Origin: an uncultured bacterium
GTDB lineage: Bacteria; Planctomycetota; Phycisphaerae; Phycisphaerales; SM1A02
Direction: 5' to 3'
Assembly (NCBI GenBank): GCA_965369945.1
Contig: CBDUST010000001.1
Span: forward strand, 15,201 to 79,200
DNA: 64,000 nt
Both the position numbers and the translations under genes were made by a program. Shown here one piece after another: positions 7,882-16,226 of this stretch. Position 1 is the stretch's first letter. The number at the start of each line of letters is the position of its first letter. The notes below the pieces were generated by a model. That model saw only the letters and a program-made list of their open reading frames with translations. It did not search any database and was not told where the DNA came from.

Positions 7882-8915
7882 GGCGCAGCCGTCGATGAAC
7901 CGGCGAGTTCACGCCAGACCGAGAAGGTCATATACACGATATACATCACCAGCAAAACGCCCCCTTTAGCGCGGCTGATCCTGCGACTTCTGGTCATGGC
8001 AAACGGCAGCAGCATGATTGTAATCACGTTCATCGCAGCAAGATCCCAAAGACCCCATTGCTGCGGCACCTGAACAGGGGCGATCACAGCCGTCACCCCA
8101 AGCACCAATAGCAGATTAAAGATGTTCGAGCCGACGATGTTGCCCACCGCCAGGTCATCGTGCCCCTTGCGCACAGCGATGACACAAGTTGTCAATTCAG
8201 GCAGGCTGGTGGCGACGGCAACGATCGTGAGTCCGATCAGCGACTCACTCCACCCAAGCGAACGAGCGACGGATACCGCACCGATCTCCGTCGCCTTGCC
8301 TCCGACCAACAGCGCCGCGAGTCCAACGACGAATAACAACCAAGCGACGCCCAACGAGGCGTGGCTTTCCTTCTTGGCAGTCTCTCCCAGTTCGGCGACA
8401 AGCGGGTCAGCAGCCTCGCGCTTTCCCATGCGATACCAGCCGATGGTAAAGAGGCTGAAGCCGATCAACATCAATGCGGCCTCGTAACGATCAAACGATC
8501 GTCCGTCGCCCCGCAGACTGAACCACGCCAGGCAGAGTATCGCCAGCGATACCACAATCAGCCAAGGCAGTTCCTTGGTCACGACACGCCCATGGACGAC
8601 CAACGGTGCAAACAGGGCCGTGACACCGAGGATCAGGCCGATGTTGGCGATGTTGGAGCCGACGATGTTTCCAAAGCTCAGCTCGCCGTGGTTGTTCAAA
8701 GCAGCGATGACGTTGAAGAAAAGCTCCGGTGCGCTCGTGCCGAAGGCGACGATGGTGAGGCCGATGACGAGGGTGGACCAGCCCATTCGCCGAGCGATTG
8801 CAGCAGCGCCGTTGACCAACCAATGACCACCGCTGAGCAATACGAGCACGCCCACGCCCAGAATCATCAAGGCGGCAAGCGGGTTTTCTGCGAATTGCTC
8901 GATCGATTGGAGCAT
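7878..8915 (-). CDS. Ca2+/Na+ antiporter, CaCA (YrbG-like) family
   Basis: Two alpha-repeats are present, GTSAPELF and ATSLPELT, each followed by GNIVGSNI. The start was set at the internal ATG (MLQSIEQF...). The longer ORF start at 9032 would overlap the divergent sigma gene. Confidence 0.85.
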   Translation of the reverse strand: MLQSIEQFAENPLAALMILGVGVLVLLSGGHWLVNGAAAIARRMGWSTLVIGLTIVAFGTSAPELFFNVIAALNNHGELSFGNIVGSNIANIGLILGVTALFAPLVVHGRVVTKELPWLIVVSLAILCLAWFSLRGDGRSFDRYEAALMLIGFSLFTIGWYRMGKREAADPLVAELGETAKKESHASLGVAWLLFVVGLAALLVGGKATEIGAVSVARSLGWSESLIGLTIVAVATSLPELTTCVIAVRKGHDDLAVGNIVGSNIFNLLLVLGVTAVIAPVQVPQQWGLWDLAAMNVITIMLLPFAMTRSRRISRAKGGVLLVMYIVYMTFSVWRELAGSSTAAP

Positions 8916-9030
8916 GACAAGGCCGACGATTGTAGTTGCCGTGAGTCGTGTGATGTTGCCAGCCAACGTGTGGCAACCAGCGAAGCGCTCTAGACTGAAT
9001 GTTTGTTTACCATTGAAGTAACGCCCCGGC

Positions 9031-9603
9031 ATGTCCCCACCGGACCAAAATGAGACCCTCCAAGCGACACTGCGCCGCGCCGCAAATGGCGATGAACAGG
9101 CGTGGCGAGAACTCGTTAGCGCCTATTCCGCCCGCGTGTTCGGGCTGATTCGGGCTCAATGCGGCAACAATGACCTGGCTGAGGAAATCACCCAGTCCAC
9201 GTTTTGCACGCTCGTCATCAAGATCGACCAATACACTGAGGTGGGACGATTCGAGTCGTGGCTCTTTCGAATCGCGATGAATCGGCTCCGCGACGAAATG
9301 CGCCGCCGAAAGCGCCAGGCCAACCCCGTGCAGGACGATGCGCTGGCGGGGCTGGCCGGAGCTGGGGACTCGCCTAACCAAGCCGACGAAGCCGATACCG
9401 ATGAGCTGCGAGCCCTGCGGACGGCTATGGTCCGGTTATCGGCCGCGGATTTGCAGGTGATTCAGCTGAGGCACTATGGCGGGCTCAGTTTTGCCCAGAT
9501 CGCACAGGTGCTTGGCCAACCGCTCGGGACGGTCCTGGCCCGCCAGCACCGAGCCCTGAAAAAGCTACGTCAGCTGATGGGGGCGGATGAGGCGGAATCT
9601 TGA
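9031..9603 (+). CDS. ECF-type RNA polymerase sigma factor
   Basis: Region 2 reads WRELVSAYSARVFGL...SWLFRIAMNRLRDEMRR. The region 4 HTH reads LSFAQIAQVLGQPLGTVLARQHRALKKLR. Confidence 0.9.
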   Translation: MSPPDQNETLQATLRRAANGDEQAWRELVSAYSARVFGLIRAQCGNNDLAEEITQSTFCTLVIKIDQYTEVGRFESWLFRIAMNRLRDEMRRRKRQANPVQDDALAGLAGAGDSPNQADEADTDELRALRTAMVRLSAADLQVIQLRHYGGLSFAQIAQVLGQPLGTVLARQHRALKKLRQLMGADEAES

Positions 9604-9615
9604 GTGTGAGGGGCA

Positions 9616-10116
9616 ATGGATCAGCCGGTAGGGCGTTTGATAGGTGGAATGACTATGTCGCATAGCCCAGACTCCTTTGATTCCGAATCGATGGCCCGTG
9701 ATGTGTCGCCCGACCTGCATGCGGTTGACACCATGCTGGGACGGCAGGCCCGCAGCTTGCGAGTCCCAGCCGGGCTGATCGATCGGGTTTTCCACGCCTC
9801 GGTGGCGTTCCTGCCAGGCAGAGCCCATAGTCCGCAGATCGAGGTCGTGGCCAGGATTGGGATTCGCCACTCTTGGTGGAGTCGGGCTGCCCTTGCGGCG
9901 TCGATTGCCCTGGCTTGCACGGCCTCGCTTCGCATCGTGCATTCACCCAGCTTGCTTCAGCTGGTTTCGGGTATCGACACCCAGATTCAGCCGGTGTACC
10001 GCCAGGTCGTGGGAACTACGCTCAGCGACATGGAGCATCTTCTCGTGACGCGCGAGATGACGATTGACGATTTGGATATGGATATGTCGCTACTCGCCGC
10101 TGATTTGGATATGTAA
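9616..10116 (+). CDS. putative anti-sigma factor (single-pass membrane protein)
   Basis: The gene lies immediately downstream of the ECF sigma gene, with GAGGGG before the ATG and one TM segment (WWSRAALAASIALACTASL). The assignment rests on position only. Confidence 0.5.
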   Translation: MDQPVGRLIGGMTMSHSPDSFDSESMARDVSPDLHAVDTMLGRQARSLRVPAGLIDRVFHASVAFLPGRAHSPQIEVVARIGIRHSWWSRAALAASIALACTASLRIVHSPSLLQLVSGIDTQIQPVYRQVVGTTLSDMEHLLVTREMTIDDLDMDMSLLAADLDM

Positions 10117-10143
10117 ACGGCTCAGCCATGCACGGACTCTGAG

Positions 10144-10950
10144 ATGATCAAGCTCGCCTCCATCATTGCCGCAAGTAGCGTTCTGGCGTTCCTGGCTTCC
10201 AGCCCCACCCAGTCGCCCGACCAAACTGCCGAGCCCGCTTCAACGCAGGAAACCGTCACCGATCAGTCTGATGCGGCAGCAGATCAGACTAAGACCGCCG
10301 ACCAATCCCCATCGTTGAGCGAGGCGCTGTTGTCCGTGCCCAGTGCAGGAAAGAATCCGAATCGCTCGTTTCGTGATCCGGACCTCGGTCGTGCCGCTCT
10401 TCGCGATCCATTGGGGCGACCTCACCGCAGTGCGGTGGACAAATTTACACCTGAGTTGATCGAGCAATGCCTTGAGGTTGCCCGCGAAGTGAAGCCGCAG
10501 TTAGCCGCTCGCTTGGAACGACTTCGACGCGACAGCACGGAAGTGCAGTTCGAACAAGCATTGCGCCGCAGGGCCCGGTACCTGATCAGCCTGGTGCACT
10601 TGCGTGATCGCAACCCCGGTTTGTATGACCTCAAACTGCGGGAATTCCGAACAAGCGAGCAGATCCAGCAGATCACCCTACAACTTCACGAAGCGCTCAA
10701 TACCGGTAGCACCGGTCAGATTGAGCCGTTGAAAATCGAGCTTCATGACCTCGTTGCGCTTCAGGCCAGCCAATCCATCGAGGCTCACGCCCGATACTTG
10801 CTGCGAATCAAAGAGCATATGGAGGCGCTCGAGCAACAGATCGAAGCCGAAGGAAGCAACTTCCAGCAAACCGTCGAGCAGCGCTTCCAAGAAATCCTCG
10901 ACCGGATCAAGTCCTCGTCGCCGAACTCCACCGAGCCGACCTCCGGCTAA
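10144..10950 (+). CDS. secreted helical hypothetical protein, third gene of the ECF cluster
   Basis: A signal peptide MIKLASIIAASSVLAFLASS is present and the mature part is helical and charged. No family was recognised. Confidence 0.6.
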   Translation: MIKLASIIAASSVLAFLASSPTQSPDQTAEPASTQETVTDQSDAAADQTKTADQSPSLSEALLSVPSAGKNPNRSFRDPDLGRAALRDPLGRPHRSAVDKFTPELIEQCLEVAREVKPQLAARLERLRRDSTEVQFEQALRRRARYLISLVHLRDRNPGLYDLKLREFRTSEQIQQITLQLHEALNTGSTGQIEPLKIELHDLVALQASQSIEAHARYLLRIKEHMEALEQQIEAEGSNFQQTVEQRFQEILDRIKSSSPNSTEPTSG

Positions 10951-11019
10951 TACCCTTCAAGCGAACGACAGATCGAATCGCCTACGGCGCGATCGAACTT
11001 GCCCTAGTATAGCGGCACG

Positions 11020-12021
11020 ATGGCGCGCGCCGGGCGGAATTCGAGCCGAACGATGGGTTGGCTGGGCGGCGGTGTCCTAGCGGTCATGGTGCTGGGATGT
11101 CTGGCGACGCTGCCCTATACATTGGGCAAGTCCTCCCCCGCGCAAGACCAGGCAGCGATTTTCGCACGGCGCTACGAAGCCGGCAACTTCGATCACGCGC
11201 TGCTTCCACCGTTTTGGGCGACGCATCGAACTGATGAACAACAACGGTTGGATTCGGCCCGCGAAAAGGACGGTATCGCGCCACGATCCCTGCTCGGAAC
11301 CGATCGTTTTGGACGCAGTCTGTTCATTCGTTGCCTCACCGGCGGCGGGATAAGTCTCGGTATCGGCCTGGCGGCGGCAGCAATCGCGGTCATCATCGGG
11401 ACCGTCTACGGCACTACAGCGGCGTACCTAGGTGGGCGCGTTGATGCCACGATGATGCGCATCGTCGATGTACTGTTCGGCCTGCCCTACATCTTGCTCG
11501 TCGTTTTGCTCGCAGTGGCAACGGACGGGTTGCTGCAACGAGTGGGGCGCGATCTCAGCCCAGCACTGGGACAACTCATCAATGTCATTACACTCCTGGT
11601 CGCGATCGGCGGGATAAGTTGGCTGACCATGGCCAGAGTTATTCGCGGGCAAGTGCTCAGCCTCAAGCAGCAACCGTTCATGGAAGCGAGTCGCGCGATC
11701 GGTGCGCCGCTTCGCCGTCAGTTCGTGCATCACCTACTTCCCAACCTGATGGGGCCGATCATTGTTTACGCCACGCTAACGGTTCCCGCTGCGATTCTCT
11801 CCGAATCGTTCCTCAGCTTCCTGGGAATCGGGGTCAAGGAGCCGCTGCCAAGCTGGGGAAACCTCGCCGCAGACGGACTCAATGAACTGAACATCGTGCG
11901 CGTCAGATGGTGGCTGCTCTTGTGGCCATGCCTGTTCATCGCCGTGACCTTAGTGTCGCTCAACTTCCTCGGCGAACGCCTACGCGAAACCTTCGACCCC
12001 AAATGGCGCTCGCGCGGGTAG
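11020..12021 (+). CDS. ABC transporter permease, OppC/DppC-like
   Basis: Multiple TM segments are present. The EAA-type loop reads FMEASRAIGAPLRRQFVHHLLPNLMGPIIVYATL. The conserved N-terminal region reads GTDRFGRSLFIRCLTGG. Confidence 0.9.
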   Translation: MARAGRNSSRTMGWLGGGVLAVMVLGCLATLPYTLGKSSPAQDQAAIFARRYEAGNFDHALLPPFWATHRTDEQQRLDSAREKDGIAPRSLLGTDRFGRSLFIRCLTGGGISLGIGLAAAAIAVIIGTVYGTTAAYLGGRVDATMMRIVDVLFGLPYILLVVLLAVATDGLLQRVGRDLSPALGQLINVITLLVAIGGISWLTMARVIRGQVLSLKQQPFMEASRAIGAPLRRQFVHHLLPNLMGPIIVYATLTVPAAILSESFLSFLGIGVKEPLPSWGNLAADGLNELNIVRVRWWLLLWPCLFIAVTLVSLNFLGERLRETFDPKWRSRG

Positions 12022-12027
12022 GGAATG

Positions 12028-12050
12028 AAACTACAGATGCACACAGATGG
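12028..12050. repeat. dispersed CACAGATG-type intergenic repeat, copy 1
   Basis: AAACTACAGATGCACACAGATGG matches 32116-32137 at 20 of 22 positions. It matches the reverse complement of 14737-14763 at 18 of 22 positions. Confidence 0.85.
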
Positions 12051-12151
12051 GTAAGCGGTGCAAGGGGTCAAGCTTGCAGAACCCACATGCCGGTTCCGAT
12101 TCCCGTACCATATGAACGCTCAACTGTGCGGTGAATCCTAGGAAACAGGCC

Positions 12152-13552
12152 ATGAGTGGATCGACAAGCGCAATTACAGTCGTAGATAAGCGCCCTTGGG
12201 AGTATCGGTGGAAGATCATCAGGCCGCTCAGCAGTGGCGGACAAGGTCATACACATCTGGTCAAAGACGATCAGCACAGCACCGAGGCTGTTCTAAAGGA
12301 ACTGCGAAACAACAAGAGCCAGCAAGCGCGTGCGAGGATGGCCAAAGAGGTAATCAACCTTCGCATTCTGTATCAAGCAGGAGCCAAAGTACCGCAGATT
12401 CTCGATCACAACACGCAACGATTCGAGGACCTCGTTCATCGGCTGTTCTTTGTTATGGAACATATTGAGGGTGACGAACTGTCGACGATTGTCGCGAAGG
12501 ATAGCGGACTGCCACTCGACATCTCCCTCGCTCTGGTGGGCGATTTGTGCCAGACGATCAAAAGAGGGATTTCGGAAGGTATTCATCACCGCGATCTCAA
12601 ACCGGAGAACATCATTGTTAGGTCTGTTGAGCCTGTCGATGTCGTAATCGTTGACTACGGGTTATCTTTTAATGAAGAGGAAGACACGGGTCTTACAAAG
12701 AACAGTGAGACTATCGAAAGTCCCTTCCTTACGCTGCAGGAGCGACGTATACCGGGCGGGGACCGCCGAGATCCGCGTTCAGATCTCGCAGCTGTTTGTG
12801 GGATTCTCTATTATTGCGTAACAGCGCTACCACCGGCGTTACTACACCCCGCACCGCATCGACGAGCCGGTGGCTCCGTTCGCGAGAAGCTTGACGACGA
12901 AATACAAGCAGCCGCGCTCGAGTCCTTTCTTGATCGCGGACTTGCAGCGGACCCTAACGATCGATTTCAGTCTATTGACGAACTCGTACAGAGATTAGAC
13001 GAGGTAGTAAGGCCGCTGGCTCAGAAGCCGCTCATGAAGCCGTCGGAGTACGCCAAAGAGCTGGATCGGGAGATTCTACAATCGGATCGCGCATCCCAAC
13101 TCGCCAGGTTTGCTGAGCACGCCAATCGCGTAGTCAACGTGATAACGAGCGAAGCGAATAAGTGGGGTGCGGTAATCACTCCCTTTGGTTTTACGCGAGT
13201 CAGCCCCAATGATCGACTTAAACCTCCGCTGCAGGTTCCTTCAGATCTTGATCCAGTTTCGATTACCCCTCTTCGATTCGATGTAAGTCACCAAGCACAT
13301 CCCTTTGTACAAGGTTTTGTTTACAGAGTGTTCGCACGTGGTGGTGAGTGCGGGCTATTTCGCATCTCGCTCTCGGGACCAGGAAATAATTCCCAAACAG
13401 GAGCGATCGTACAAGTTGGCGAATGGGAGAATGTGTTCTGGTGGAACGGCCTATCAACTCCTAGTGATCAAGTTGCGGCCGATGATTTTCAAGCCAGTTT
13501 GAATAACGCGATGGCCACTATCAAACGCGCAATCGACGCGATCGACGCATGA
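12152..13552 (+). CDS. soluble Hanks-type Ser/Thr protein kinase with an unknown C-terminal domain of about 170 aa
   Basis: Kinase motifs include LSSGGQGHTHLV, AVLKEL, HHRDLKPENIIV and VIVDYGLSF (DYG in place of DFG). There is no TM segment or signal peptide. AGGAAA precedes the ATG at 12152. The DNA is visibly A/T-richer than its neighbours. Confidence 0.8.
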   Translation: MSGSTSAITVVDKRPWEYRWKIIRPLSSGGQGHTHLVKDDQHSTEAVLKELRNNKSQQARARMAKEVINLRILYQAGAKVPQILDHNTQRFEDLVHRLFFVMEHIEGDELSTIVAKDSGLPLDISLALVGDLCQTIKRGISEGIHHRDLKPENIIVRSVEPVDVVIVDYGLSFNEEEDTGLTKNSETIESPFLTLQERRIPGGDRRDPRSDLAAVCGILYYCVTALPPALLHPAPHRRAGGSVREKLDDEIQAAALESFLDRGLAADPNDRFQSIDELVQRLDEVVRPLAQKPLMKPSEYAKELDREILQSDRASQLARFAEHANRVVNVITSEANKWGAVITPFGFTRVSPNDRLKPPLQVPSDLDPVSITPLRFDVSHQAHPFVQGFVYRVFARGGECGLFRISLSGPGNNSQTGAIVQVGEWENVFWWNGLSTPSDQVAADDFQASLNNAMATIKRAIDAIDA

Positions 13553-13726
13553 GTATCCCCTGGGATGTATCGCTCCATGGTACAACGAAACGCCGCTAGG
13601 TAATGAAGGGCGCGTCTTGATCGATCGAACTTCCCTCTGCGATGTGTCCTCAGTGCCTACTACCCCCGTTCATATTCGGGGTGGGCGTCTCGCCTCTCCG
13701 AGCCGCGCTTCGCTTACAATCCCGCC

Positions 13727-13897
13727 ATGAGCCGAGTACCTCAAGACTCCAAGGATGTTACGACACAGATTCGTCAATCTGAGCATGAGAAGAAGGTCTG
13801 GCGGGCCGAGGCGAAGGCACAAGGCGTGAAACTGTCCGCTCTTATCCGCCATGCGGTCAACCAATATGTTGCTCGCCGAAAGAAATCTCGTAAATAG
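13727..13897 (+). CDS. ribbon-helix-helix (CopG/MobC-like) small protein, 56 aa; below the ORF-track size cutoff
   Basis: My own translation is MSRVPQDSKDVTTQIRQSEHEKKVWRAEAKAQGVKLSALIRHAVNQYVARRKKSRK. It follows the RHH pattern: a beta strand (TQIR), then helix, G-x-S/K-L-S-x-hIR, then helix. No clear SD was seen. Confidence 0.5.
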   Translation: MSRVPQDSKDVTTQIRQSEHEKKVWRAEAKAQGVKLSALIRHAVNQYVARRKKSRK

Positions 13898-14122
13898 CCC
13901 TTGCATCACCAGTCGCATTCAGTACAATTGTCATGACATTGTGTCCTAAAGAGGCCCCCGCGATGATTGGGTCATCCGGGGGCGTGTACCGAACTCACAT
14001 AAGGAGTCCGATCATGACGAGTATAGGAACAAGAAAGCAATCAGCGGCCAGGGATCAGCAGTCAGCGGGAAATGGGAGGGGGAGGCAAGTCGTTGGAAGA
14101 CAGGAGTTTGTACATCGAGAAG

Positions 14123-14160
14123 ACCCTCACCCTAGCCCTCTCCCGGGGGGAGAGGGGACG
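14123..14160. repeat. palindromic GC-rich element (CCCTCTCCCGGGGGGAGAGGG core), copy A
   Basis: ACCCTCACCCTAGCCCTCTCCCGGGGGGAGAGGGGACG has a 10-bp stem. A near-identical copy in the same orientation lies at 21952-21997. Confidence 0.9.
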
Positions 14161-14343
14161 AGAGAATTGCCGCCGAGGTCGTCAGCGCTCGATGATTGGC
14201 CGAGGCATTTGGTCAATGACGAAGCGGTCTACTCGGGGTGTTACGACGTTTGCCGAGTCGACACGACATCGCTATCCGTGCTCGTGGGAACGTGGCTGCA
14301 CACGTATTGGTCGTTGATCGCAACACTTGAATCAACGGTGTCC

Positions 14344-14634
14344 ATGCCTTTGCCGCCTTTGTATCAACGCACAGCTGAGGATTTCGGGCGCGGCATCATC
14401 GAGGGTCTTAAGAAACAAGCGGAGGTCACGCCGGGCGTGGCGCGATTGTTACTGCGCTTCGTCGAGAAGTTCCTGCCGTACATCGACTGGCAGGTTGCGA
14501 TCGCACACTGTGAAGCGGAGGATACCGCAGAGGCGGAAGAGAACTATGAGAGGATCATCTTCAAGGACCCGGTGTTCTTGCCGGTGATCGATCTTCGCAG
14601 TCTCAAGGCCGGCCAACGACCGACCGCTGCATAA
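14344..14634 (+). CDS. hypothetical protein; 5' end uncertain
   Basis: This is the 3' part of ORF 13933-14634, taken after the palindromic element and starting at the ATG at 14344 (MPLPPLYQRTAEDFGRGIIEGL...). A terminator-like hairpin follows it. A GTG or TTG start further upstream is possible. Confidence 0.35.
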   Translation: MPLPPLYQRTAEDFGRGIIEGLKKQAEVTPGVARLLLRFVEKFLPYIDWQVAIAHCEAEDTAEAEENYERIIFKDPVFLPVIDLRSLKAGQRPTAA

Positions 14635-14691
14635 ACCGCCGCCCCCGGAATTTCCCGCCCCCCGGGCCCCGGCCCCCGGAATAGACCAATC

Positions 14692-14729
14692 ACCCAGGGA
14701 AGTGACTTCTAAAGTCCTCCCTGGGTTTT
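14692..14729 (+). terminator. rho-independent terminator candidate
   Basis: The stem ACCCAGGGA (14692-14700) / TCCCTGGGT (14718-14726) is followed by TTTT. The loop is long (17 nt) but has internal GACT/AGTC pairing. Confidence 0.5.
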
Positions 14730-14736
14730 CACTCCC

Positions 14737-14763
14737 CCATCCGTGTCCATCTGTGGTGAAAGA
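14737..14763. repeat. dispersed CACAGATG-type repeat, copy 2 (inverted orientation)
   Basis: The reverse complement reads TCTTTCACCACAGATGGACACGGATGG. Confidence 0.8.
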
Positions 14764-14988
14764 AGGCTGGAGGACTGAGCGGCGGCACGAGCGCGCGCAT
14801 GCAAGACAGAATAACGCGAGGGTCGCCTCGGAATTTTAGAAACATTTTCCCGCCTGGTGAGCCGCTAAGCCGCGTTCTATGGGCTGACTTACCGAGACGG
14901 CGTCCCTGGCGCGCACACAGACTGCCGTGCCTCCTTCAATAGAAGGAGTTCTCGTTCCATGTTTTCATCTTCGATCCTGACATGTCAA

Positions 14989-15078
14989 TTTCCGGGGGCG
15001 CGGCAACTCTGGCGCGCACAAACTAATCCCTATCTCGCTCAGAATCTCGCGCGCGCCGATTTGCCGCCCCCCCGGAAA
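14989..15078. repeat. long imperfect inverted repeat immediately upstream of the ABC ATPase gene
   Basis: The left arm TTTCCGGGGGCGCGGCAA (14989-15006) faces the right arm TTGCCGCCCCCCCGGAAA (15061-15078). Inner pairing is GGCGCGC / GCGCGCC. Confidence 0.8.
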
Positions 15079-15113
15079 CGTCATCCTTCACCCCTCAAGG
15101 TACACTGCCCACC

Positions 15114-16205
15114 ATGACCAGCGTCCAAGCGCAACCAACCACACCCGGTATGACCAAACCTGCACCATTGCTTGCGATTGACGATCTAGCGATTTCGTTT
15201 GACACCGCTGATGGAAACGTACAAGCGGTCGATGGTCTGAGCTTGACGATTCATCCGCGTCAAACCCTTGCTCTGGTCGGTGAGTCCGGCTGCGGGAAAT
15301 CCGTCACGGCGCTGGCCATTTTGCAACTGATCGATCAGCCCCCTGGAAGTATCGATCGCGGTTCGATTGTCTTTGACGATCGCGATCTGTTGCAGTTCAG
15401 CGAGAAACAGATGCTGAAGGTGCGCGGCAAGGAAATCGCCATGATTTTCCAGGAGCCGATGACGAGTCTGAATCCGGTCTATACCGTCGGCGACCAAATC
15501 CTCGAAGCGATACTCCTGCACCAGGATGTGAACAACAAAGAGGCGGTCGCAATTGCGATTGCCGCGATGAACGATGTAGGGATTCCAAACCCTAAGCAGC
15601 GACTGAGCGATTACCCGCATCAATTTTCGGGCGGGATGCGCCAGCGTGTGATGATCGCCATGGCCCTTGCTTGCCGACCTAAGTTACTGCTTGCAGATGA
15701 ACCGACAACGGCTCTTGATGTCACTATCCAAGCACAGATTCTCAAACTGCTCAAGGAACTTCAGCGCGAGCGATCAATGGCGGTGATGCTGATTACCCAC
15801 GATCTGGGCGTGGTCGCTGAGAACGCCGACGTCGTGTGCGTGATGTATGCAGGCCGGGTTGTTGAATACGCCAACGTCTTCGATCTGTTCGCTAAGTCGT
15901 ATCACCCCTACACGCGCGGATTGTTCGCATCGATTCCAAAGATTGGTGAGACCAAGCATCGTCTTGCGACGGTCGAGAAAATTGTCAATGATCCGCAGGA
16001 ATACAAGAAGCTGCCGGGGTATGACAAGGGTGTTGTGCCGTGGTGGCTGACGCCCCCGGATGATGTCGCTTGGTCTGGCGACGGTGGTAACCACGTGCTC
16101 CACGAAGTCGAGCCGAACCACTGGGTTGCATGTCGAGGCACGGACTTCTTGGCCGGGCAATCATCACGTCGTCCCGACATCAAGTTTCGGCGATCGTATC
16201 CGTAA
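15114..16205 (+). CDS. ABC transporter ATP-binding protein, OppD/DppD-like
   Basis: Walker A GESGCGKS, signature FSGGMRQR and Walker [13 protein letters not shown] are present. The C-terminal oligopeptide-type extension reads HPYTRGL. Confidence 0.9.
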   Translation: MTSVQAQPTTPGMTKPAPLLAIDDLAISFDTADGNVQAVDGLSLTIHPRQTLALVGESGCGKSVTALAILQLIDQPPGSIDRGSIVFDDRDLLQFSEKQMLKVRGKEIAMIFQEPMTSLNPVYTVGDQILEAILLHQDVNNKEAVAIAIAAMNDVGIPNPKQRLSDYPHQFSGGMRQRVMIAMALACRPKLLLADEPTTALDVTIQAQILKLLKELQRERSMAVMLITHDLGVVAENADVVCVMYAGRVVEYANVFDLFAKSYHPYTRGLFASIPKIGETKHRLATVEKIVNDPQEYKKLPGYDKGVVPWWLTPPDDVAWSGDGGNHVLHEVEPNHWVACRGTDFLAGQSSRRPDIKFRRSYP

Positions 16206-16226
16206 CGCCAAGACGTCTGGGCGCCA

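Noticed and set aside
8916-9032. The longer start of the CaCA antiporter ORF at 9032.
   Set aside because: The extra 39 residues are not membrane-like. They would overlap the divergent ECF sigma start codon by 2 nt, leaving no promoter space. The internal ATG at 8915 gives a canonical CaCA N-terminus.
13933-14343. The 5' 137 codons of ORF 13933-14634, and the antisense ORF 13670-13918.
   Set aside because: The 5' part runs straight through the palindromic repeat element and is Gly/Arg/Ser-rich with no SD. The antisense ORF is a shadow of the RHH gene. The 5' part remains possible if the element is tolerated in frame, as it is in the kinase.
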